A stretch of 60,000 nt of DNA, taken from positions 55,306,001-55,366,000 of the forward strand of contig NC_087437.1 in NCBI RefSeq assembly GCF_036321535.1, in the 5' to 3' direction. The stretch is from Camelus dromedarius. Taxonomy: Eukaryota. The notes under the pieces were generated by a model that saw only the letters and a list, made by a program, of their open reading frames with translations, did no database searches and was not told the origin of the DNA. A program made the translations under genes and the position numbers. Shown one piece after another: positions 51,737-60,000 of the stretch; position 1 is the stretch's first letter, and every line of letters starts with the position of its first letter.

Positions 51737-54700
51737 ATGTCCGGTGAAGGAGGAAGCTTAGCCTACAGGGTAGGATGCGGGCTGCGGGGGGGGGGGGGGC
51801 AAAGCTGGGGAGGAGCCCTGCTTCACGGGAGCTGTATCTCCCGTCCCAGAGCAAAGCAAAGTAGACTGGCTGCAGATACGTGGCAAAAGTGTCTTCAGTT
51901 CACCCACGTGTAAGTTTGATAACTGTTCCTGCTTTTCTTCTAAATGCTACCACTAGGAGCAGTGAACTAGAGTCCAGGAGTCTGATTTCATGTTTTGTTT
52001 CTATTTAGCGGTGTGACCCTGGGCAAGTCTTTTACATTAATGCTCTAAAATTTGCAAAATGAAGGAATTGGACTAGACAATAATTCTCCAGCTATCATTT
52101 ACTCCCCTCTATGCTTCTGAAATAGTCTTAGCAAAAGTCCCACGGAGATAGATGAAGGCATATACCAAGGGAGGCAGGTATACTTAGACCAGGATCCAGA
52201 AATAAGTTACTTATTGCAGTAGTGTATTAAATCGAGCTCTGAATTTGCTGGCAGCTGAGATACACAGAATTCTTACTGTCTGACTGAAGGAAGGGTGACA
52301 CTTCTTTAAGTATTTGCTTGGCATTGTTGGAGGAGGTCATCACGAGGAGTGGTCGCTAGTTGACCAGCAAGCTGGACTTGGGCAATAGGAGGCTTGTCTC
52401 CACCTGCCCCGTCCTTGGAATGTCCATTCTACCCATCGTTCCTGCAATGGGAGCCCTTTTCAAGGATGCAAGCTTGAGAGAGAAGTGTGGTGTTGGGACC
52501 ATCGGGATTGAATATGTGACTGAACCCAGTTAAGGCCTCTCTAAGAAATTTTAAGATTCTGATGGACCGGTGTGAATCATCGTGCTGCCGTCCTAGACAC
52601 GCTTTGGATGGAAGTTCCCTTGCTGATTAAACCTGCCACCTGCCGATCTGGAGTAGCCTGCCCTCTCTGTGCAGGGGCCAGTTTCAGTTCCTGAGTTTGT
52701 GAGCCAATACATTTATTCACACATTTTATTTTTTATTACAAAAGCCACACTAACATTTTAACATGATTTAAAATTTGTTTAAAAAGCAAAAATTTAGGTA
52801 TAATCCAACTACCTCAATAAATCTAAATATTTCCCTTCTAGTCTTTACTAATGTAAAAAAATTATCATTTCCAGAGAAAAACTTCTCTGTTTTTTTGGTT
52901 TTCTTGACCCAAGAAGATACATCCTTACTCCACGATGCTGCAGTGCATGTACATGTCATTGTAAATGTCAGCTCCATATCAGATGGGGAGCTTAATAATT
53001 CCTTGGCCATTAGGTGTTTAGTTGGTTTCCAATTTTTTATTACTACCTAGAATATGCAATTAATATTGTAGGCTGTTCTTTTTTTTTAAGGATAATTTTC
53101 ATTACACGATTTCCCTGAAATGAGAAAATTTGGTCAAAAAATATGGATGTAATTCTTTTCTAAGCCTTGATCCTTTGCTTCTCTTAGAAATTTATACTGC
53201 TTTTACTTTCCTGGGCACCACATGCTAAGATAAATTTACCGGGCAGTCTTAGGGAACAATGATCCTTTTCAATTCTAAATGGCTCTGAATGGGTCTGTTG
53301 CAAGGCATAATTTATCCCTGTACAAGCTTTTAATATTTCAATGTATATAGTCTGGTTAAGCAGGGATAGGAGGGCAGGTTTTTACTGACTTGGGAATAAA
53401 CGTGGTCTGGGCAGGTGGTGATGAGGAATGGAGGGGGCTGCTGGGAGGCATGGCAATCCTCTCCTTGGGGAGGTTGTTGACATTACGTCCTTGCGAAGGT
53501 GTCCCCAGGCCTGAAACAGAGCTGGAATCCTTCCAGGGGGAGATGGCTGGGCTCAACTCTTCCACTCATCACGGCTGTAAGAATTTCACTGGAGCTGAGG
53601 TTCCTTCTTTCCTGGACCTCAAAATCTCAGTCTCAAAGTGCCCTGCTTCCCTTCCCCAAGTGTTTCCAGAGAAGACAGCCTGAGGGAGATGCAGTGGTGC
53701 TAATTAAATCCTCCCTCTGTTTTCCAGGCACTGGAGCCTTTCACAGATGTCTGCTGTTAGGTTCCAGTTCCCAGAGTGCGGCAAATACAGAAGCAGGCTT
53801 TCCTTCCCCAAAGGCACAAACCCTCCTTCGCAGGTTACAGGGAACTCTAGAAACACACTTCCTTCCAACACCCACCGCAGCAGAGGTGGCAGACCTGCAT
53901 AAACACGGCATGAGGCTGCCGGGGAGGCCACATACACACACACACACACGCACAAAATTTCTCCTGCTTCTCCACGCATATCCTTGGATTTCTCACAGGC
54001 CAGTAACTTTAAAAAATTATCTGAAAGCCCAGTGAAGCCCTTCCCGCTGTGAGCCAGCCTGCAGCTTGGTGGGGATGTTGGGCTCAGCCTGGTTGGAAGT
54101 CCTGGGTGGGAGTCCAGGTGCCGCCGCTACTACCCAAGTGCACCCTGGGTGAGTCCCACCAACCTGGGATCCCCAGAGAGATGGAGATGAAACCATCCTC
54201 CTAGGGTTGCTGGGAGAATCAGGCAAAACCACCTGCAGTGTGATCTGCCGGGGGCTTTTCACGGGGGAGTCCCCTAACCAGCCGTGTTTTCTGCTGCACT
54301 CAAGCCCTTTAGGGGGACTGGGTGTCCACGTTTGCCTGAGACAATGCCGGTTCCCTCCCATCGCCCTGGCACAGTGGTTAATAGCGCCCTTTTCATACTC
54401 AAAAGTGTCCCGGGGGAGGCAGTGAGCTACACATTCATCCTATTTTTTCTCTCTCTTAAGTAGTCTACTTATTCCCAGTTTTAATAACATACATTTGCTG
54501 TGGATGGTGGCTGTTTCTCGCTTTCTGGTGTTTCACAAGAACCGAGGAAATGGAATTTTGTCCCGGTAAGAACACAGGGACAGCCCTGAGAATAAGCTGG
54601 CATTCCCAGTCCCACGGTGCTGCTGGGCGGGCGGCGCTCCTCCCTTGAGGCATTGGTGGTGCGGCCATGTGGCCTCAGCTTGAAAATGGCCACTCCACCG

Positions 54701-54901
54701 CGGATGCTTTTCGGTAGCATGTGTCTTTTATTTGGTTTGATTTCTTTGTGTCACTGTATATTTATAAAATATACATAAATCTATTGTATTTCTATTTATT
54801 TTAAATCAGGTGTAAGTCATTGTAAGCATCCAGAGATTTATGAAAACAAAATAAAAATAAAAATAAAAAATAAAGATACACCATATCATGCAGAGATAAT
54901 C

Positions 54902-55150
54902 TTTTTTTTTTAAAGTATGGTATAGTTGATGTGCAATGTTATACAGCCTTCAGGTCTGCAGCATAGTGATTCACAATTTTTTAAGGTTATATTCCATTTA
55001 TAGTTATAAAATATTGGCTATATTCCCTGTTATGCCCAGTATATCCTTGTAGCCTATTTATTTTATACATAGTGGTTGGTACCTCTTATTCCCCTGCCTT
55101 GTCTTGACCCTCCCCACTTTTCACTCCCCACTGGTAACCACTAGTTTGTC
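54902..55150 (-). mobile_element. LINE-1 3' end fragment
   Basis: Poly(T) then catagtgattcacaattttttaaggttatattccatttatagttataaaatattggctatattccctgt...ccactggtaaccactagtttgt. Confidence 0.8.
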
Positions 55151-55644
55151 AGGGACAGTTATTGCTAATATTTCGTTTTACTTTTTTTTCCAGATTTTTT
55201 TCTATCCTCTATCCTACACACATATGCAAATCCAGGTTATTATTTCTTCCTTCCTTTCCTCCCTTTCTCTCTTCCTTCCTGAATTATTTTAACAAATTTC
55301 AATAAAGTTCTCCTAATATACCATTTTTTCCCATTAACAATATATTTTGGACAAGATTCCACGGTAAAAATATATACTCACATTTACAATGACTACATTA
55401 CACTCACTGTATGGTGTAACATGTCTTATTTAGCCAGTTCCTTACTGATAGATACTTTGTTTCACTGTATTTTTTGTATTAGATGTAATGTTGTGTGAGA
55501 ATCTACTGTTGCTATTAGACACAATGTTTTGCTATTGGACATAACATTATGTGTTTTTCCTGCTGTTAGACACAACGCTGTCATGCACAACCTCCTATAG
55601 TTATGTCTTTGGGTATTTGTCTAAATTAGTTCCTTAGGATATAC

Positions 55645-55808
55645 TTTTATTTTTTATTAATTGTTTTAAATTGAAGTATAGCTCACATACAATATTATGT
55701 AAGTTACAGGTGTACAATACAGTGATTCACACTTTTTAAAGGTTATACTCCATTTATAGTTATTATAAAATATTGGCTGTATTCCCCATGTTGTACAATA
55801 TATCCTTG
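55645..55808 (-). mobile_element. LINE-1 3' end fragment, same family as 54902-55150
   Basis: attgaagtatag...gtgattcacactttttaaaggttatactccatttatagttattataaaatattggctgtattcccc; TSD-like aggata..tttt on both sides. Confidence 0.8.
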
Positions 55809-56324
55809 AGGATACATTTTTAGGATTGCAGTTTTGCAGTTGAAAACACACTCAGTTCTAAGTGCTTTTGTGCCCTTTTACTTCCCAAGAAGTACACAAG
55901 AAGGTGCATTATCATTGCTTTTAACTGTCAATGAAGCTGCCCAGCTGGTAGGTTTTCAAGTGAAAATGCTGTGAAATCTCAAAGAGGAATTATCTGATGA
56001 TTATTTCATACCGGTCTTCCCTTGTGAAGATTCCTGTCCCCTGCGGTTAAAGATGGGGGAAAAGGAACTACTTGCAGCCTCCTTTTCTCTGTCCAGAGGG
56101 TCTCTGCTTCTTTCCCCTGGTACGTGTCCCCGCAGGATTGTGGCGTCTGTGTTACCGAACTGCCGCCATCAGTGCCTCTGCTTAGCTGATGTGTGCTGTT
56201 GGGTGGGTTGGGCAGTTTCAGGAATGTCATTTGCTCATCATAGACTGTTTTGCCATAGCTAAGACACATGTGACTCTTTTTTTTTTTTTTTCTGATGAGA
56301 AGATTGTTTCTTCCTTTGTTTTAG

Positions 56325-56333
56325 GTTGAAGAA
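56325..56333 (+). other. TPRG1: 5' UTR part (9 nt) of the TPRG1 first coding exon
   Basis: gttgaagaa lies between the AG acceptor (56323-56324) and the ATG (56334). Branch-point-like ctgat at 56292-56296 and a polypyrimidine tract precede it, implying an upstream non-coding exon. Confidence 0.85.
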
Positions 56334-56555
56334 ATGTCAACAATTGGGGATTTTGAAGGATTCCAGCCTGTGTCTCTGAAGCAAGAGGGAGATGACCAGC
56401 CCTCTGAGACTGACCTGTTGTCCACGGAGGAGGGCAGCCCAGGCAAGGACCCATCGCCAAGGCAGATTTCAAGGCTGTCAAGTGTGACGGGATCGGCACT
56501 TTACCCCAATCCCTATCACCAGCATTATATCGCACGGAAGTACTTCGTCACACGG
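56334..56555 (+). CDS. TPRG1: TPRG1 (tumor protein p63-regulated gene 1 protein), first coding exon, N-terminal 74 aa; partial CDS, remaining exons not seen in this window
   Basis: Translation MSTIGDFEGFQPVSLKQEGDDQPSETDLLS...PRQISRLSSVTGSALYPNPYHQHYIARKYFVTR closely matches the mammalian TPRG1 N-terminus as I recall it (MSTIGSFEGFQAVSLKQEGDDQPSETD...LYPNPYHQPYISRKYFATR). Acceptor tttcttcctttgttttAG|G at 56324/56325, purine at -3 (gaaATG), phase-0 donor CGG|GTAAAG at 56555/56556. Confidence 0.95.
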
Positions 56556-58469
56556 GTAAAGCTGTAAAATCACTTGTGTTCTTAAATACTATGTAAGTCT
56601 TCTCCTTAAAAAATCCGAACATCCTTTCACGTACCACGTGTTCGACCAACTGTTTTCATACTTGTTGTCTTGTGTAATTGTCACAATAACTGTGACGTAG
56701 GCATCCTTATCCCCATGTTGCAGGTGAAGGATCTGAATTTCAGAAGTTAAGGGTCTATTTTTGATCAGCAGGTAGGATCAAGGAGAAGCAGGTCCTCCAG
56801 CTTTTTTACTGAGGAGTCTTCGGCTCCTCAGTCCTGTATCCCTGCTACACCTGACCTTAGTAAACTGATGCTCTGTGAAGACAACCAGACTGACTAGAGT
56901 GTAAATCCCTGAGCCCAGAGTATTTGGTGTATGTTTGGAGAAGACACGGGTGATGGAGTGGGAAGGATTGCTGAGATTAGGCTGGACCTCAGGGGTCTCC
57001 ACGGGCATGCTGGCACTGCAGTGTGGGACCAGGCACGTTAAATCCCAAACCTATAACTGCAGCCTCGAGCTGGGCTTCCCTGTGTGTCAAAGCTGGGGAA
57101 ATAAATGGATGGGTGTGTAACGAGGATGGGGTTTGTATATCTAGATATTAAAAATGCTCTAAATTTCTCACATTTGGATCCCGTAGAGTGTACTCCCTTG
57201 GGTTCTGGTACCTTTCTCTGTCTTGCACACTCCTTCCTACTTACAGCTCTCCTTTCCCAGTCCTTCACCTTTCTTGTCAACACGGTAGCGGTGAGCTCAT
57301 AGGTACAATCAATTAGGGGCAAAATTGCAGGCTGTGCACTGTGGCAACAGAAACCACCTGAATTTTCAAGTGTATTTGGGACATCTTTTTGTTGAAACAT
57401 TTTTTTTTTCCCAACTCAATCTCCTAAATAAGTGGTGACCAAGAGTTTGGGATGATTAACAATGCTTTAACTACTGACTCCTGATTTGTTAGGTTTTAAA
57501 ACATATCTTCGGTTAAGATACAGTTTTAACTAAAGAGACTCAATGTGTGTGTGTGCGTGTGCACACGTGTGTTTGAAGATACATACCCATATTACTCATG
57601 TTCGTTGGCTCTTACGTGCAAGGTGCTTTGGTACATTCTATAGTGTGTATGCGTTTATGTGCTTTTTTGCACGTGTATAGCATATGGTTTGCTTTCTAAA
57701 GTATGTGAACTTTATTGAATATGCAAAGTGAATTTGTAAGTTATAGCTGTGAAGGAAATCCAAGCATCCCCTAAAGTGTCCTTATCTTTAATAGTGAAAA
57801 TGTATCCATCAGCATTTGATAAGAGAATTAGCTGTGAGTAATATAATAGAGGAGGTTTATCACTGGGATCTGGTGCAGCTAAGAGAGCTGCCTGAGAAGT
57901 CTGTGCAAAGCTGTTGTCTTTGCATCTGATGATGGGCCTGAAGTTGCTATAGATCGACCAACTGGCAATTGTGAAGTAAGAATAGGGAATAGGGGAAAAC
58001 TGGAAAGTATATGGACAAACTGGAAAGCCTTATGACCAAGTGGGACGCGTGAAGGAAAAGTGGGAAGCAGGTCTGTCTCCCAAGTCTGAACTTGAAGATG
58101 TGAGTCCCTTTCAGGGGAAGCCAGTGCTCTTCCCCATCGAGCTGCACGCTTCCCCAGCTAGCGAGGGGGGAGGAGGATCTGACGGAGGCGGGCTGACTCT
58201 AACAGAAGGAGCTGTGGGTCCAGGAGCTGCCCCGTGCCATCAAGTGAACAGGAGATGGGTGGCTGTGAACTTGAGCTGTGTCGAGGCCTGGGGATCTTCA
58301 GCAAGGAACGTGACTGACGGTCCACCTCTCCCTTTCCAGTCTGACACAAGCGCCTCTCGTGGCCAACCCTAATTTGGAAGTAGACAGGAAAAGGAATTCT
58401 AGAAAATGTAGCTCCAGCTTAGCTCAGCTGACACAGTCTAAAGCCACAATGGAGTATTTATTTATTTAC

Positions 58470-58680
58470 ACAGTGCCCTTATTTGTGTGGCTCTGTGTAG
58501 CCTAGAAAATACAGCCCCTTGGAGCAGCACTGTGAGGTAGGCAGGGAAGGGCTTGTCACTCTTGTTTTAATAGTAAACATCGTAAAGTTTCAGAGGAGGG
58601 AAGTGACCTGTCTGAGTCACATAATATTAGTGGAAGAGCTTTGGCTACAATCTGCATCTTCTGTCTCTGAGTTCAGCGTG
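58470..58680 (-). mobile_element. MIR SINE
   Basis: cactgtgaggtaggcagg...tttcagaggagggaagtgacctgtctgagtcacata...tagtggaagagct. Confidence 0.6.
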
Positions 58681-59120
58681 CAGGGCCAGTTGAACGTAAG
58701 GCCCCTTTGTAAAGGTTTTCAATGACTGACTTCAATTCACGTGAAGAGCATCTTCTCCATCAGGTGTGTAGGAAACAACTTTCAGTTCTCAAGGGCTTGG
58801 GGGAGAAAACCTTCTTATCTTATCAGTGAGTCCAAAATAGACATGTGGACTCTTCACGGGGTAGCTGTAAGGGCTGTATTCCCAAGGCACTCAGCCTTCA
58901 CTTTTCTTCAGACTAAAAGAGAAAATATGAATAGTTTTTTTTTTCCCATGTGAGTATAATGAATGTGCTTTAATGCATGTGAGGATAATGAAAATACAAT
59001 TGTTGGCTCAACTGAAACTTATAATGAGAAATATTTTGAATACATAAAGGGATGAGCCACCTTTACTACCTTGTAAACCACAGATCTGCTGATGTGGTGG
59101 TGGTTGAGAAAAATGTGGAG

Positions 59121-59199
59121 ATGTATGTATGTGTGTGTGTGTGTGTGTATACACACACGTACACATATACACACACAAACACATATGTGTGTATATATA
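59121..59199. repeat. Compound (TG)n/(CA)n microsatellite in inverted arrangement
   Basis: atgtatgtat(gt)n-gta|tac-acacacgtacacatatacacacacaaacacatatgtgtgtatatata. Confidence 0.9.
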
Positions 59200-59606
59200 A
59201 ATTTTCTCATCTTCAAAGTGTGGATAAAACAGTAGTTTGACATGGGAATTTCAGTAAGCTAACCTTGTAAGAGTTCTTGTACAGTGTATGACACTTCTAT
59301 TAACACACGATAAGCAACATTATTGCTATCCTAAATGCTCTCTCCCTCTTTTCTGTTGCTTTAACATTCACACTTCTGTAATTGGTAATAAGGAATGATA
59401 TTAAGATGCCCATGACCTCCAGCGTGAGACAAAAATGTAGACTTATAGGATCTGTAGCAGGCAAGTGTTTGGAACAAAGGAAGCTAACTCATTTTCTCAA
59501 GGGATAATTAAATAAGACCAGGGCTCTGAATGACTCAGATCTATGAAACATTCATCATAAGGTATCACTTCTTAGAACTGAAATGGGATCTATGGATGAT
59601 CTGGTC

Positions 59607-59767
59607 CAGTGCTTCTCAGTCTTTATCATGCAAACAAATCACCTGGAAATCCTGTTAAAATATGGGTCTGATTCAGTAGTTCTGGGGTGAGACCTTAGAT
59701 TCTGCATTTATATAAAGTCTCTGGCAGTACTCATGATCTCTGTCCACACATCACACTTTGAACACTA
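59607..59767. mobile_element. MER5A-like MITE nested in a MIR
   Basis: cagtgcttctca...aatcacctggaaatcctgttaaaat...tctgattcagtagttctggggtgagacc...ttctgcattt...cacactttgaaca, flanked by MIR halves. Confidence 0.75.
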
Positions 59768-60000
59768 TGTGTGTAGTTAACACTCTCATTTTCAGAGGCA
59801 GCTAAGGCCCAGAGAGGGGCAGTTGCTCACCCAATGTCATAACAGTTAGTGAGCACTGACTTACCCAAGAGGCTAGTAAGTGGCAAGGCTAGAGTTAGAG
59901 CCAGTGTTCCCCAATTCTCATTCATAGTTCCGTGATCCCATGTAGTGATGAAACGAATCAGTTTATTACAGTGTAAGAACTTAAAAAATACATGTTGCAA

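Noticed and set aside
53499..54035. Longest ORF in the track (178 aa)
   Set aside because: No ATG at the listed start, no recognisable domain, and it runs through a (CA)n repeat; most likely a chance ORF.
56556..56567. ORF continuation VKL-stop as the true TPRG1 C-terminus
   Set aside because: It is read-through past the GT donor into the intron; TPRG1 continues in downstream exons.
1..60000. A novel multi-gene, CRISPR-like or otherwise undescribed system
   Set aside because: The window is repeat-rich mammalian upstream and intronic DNA. There are no long ORFs, operon-like layout or repeat-spacer arrays; all longer direct repeats have only 2-4 copies.

Overview
This is mammalian genomic DNA, most likely from a camelid (camel, alpaca or llama), because it carries two tRNA-derived SINEs resembling the Tylopoda Vic-1 family. 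The only coding sequence I can support is the first coding exon of TPRG1 (tumor protein p63-regulated gene 1) on the + strand: exon 56325-56555, ATG at 56334, canonical AG/GT boundaries. A probable non-coding first exon ends at a strong splice donor at 26633. The rest is upstream or intronic DNA dominated by decayed repeats (L1, L2, MIR, MaLR/ERV LTRs, hAT MITEs) and microsatellites. The other ORFs in the track look like chance ORFs, except one L1 ORF2 remnant. I found no convincing undescribed biological system. The best leads are regulatory (an AP-1/KLF/TEAD cluster, CTCF motifs, a p63-like element, CpG-rich patches) and structural (a 5'-inverted L1, nested insertions, recent short duplications). 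Repeat names and cross-species comparisons come from memory rather than database searches, and old-repeat boundaries are approximate.
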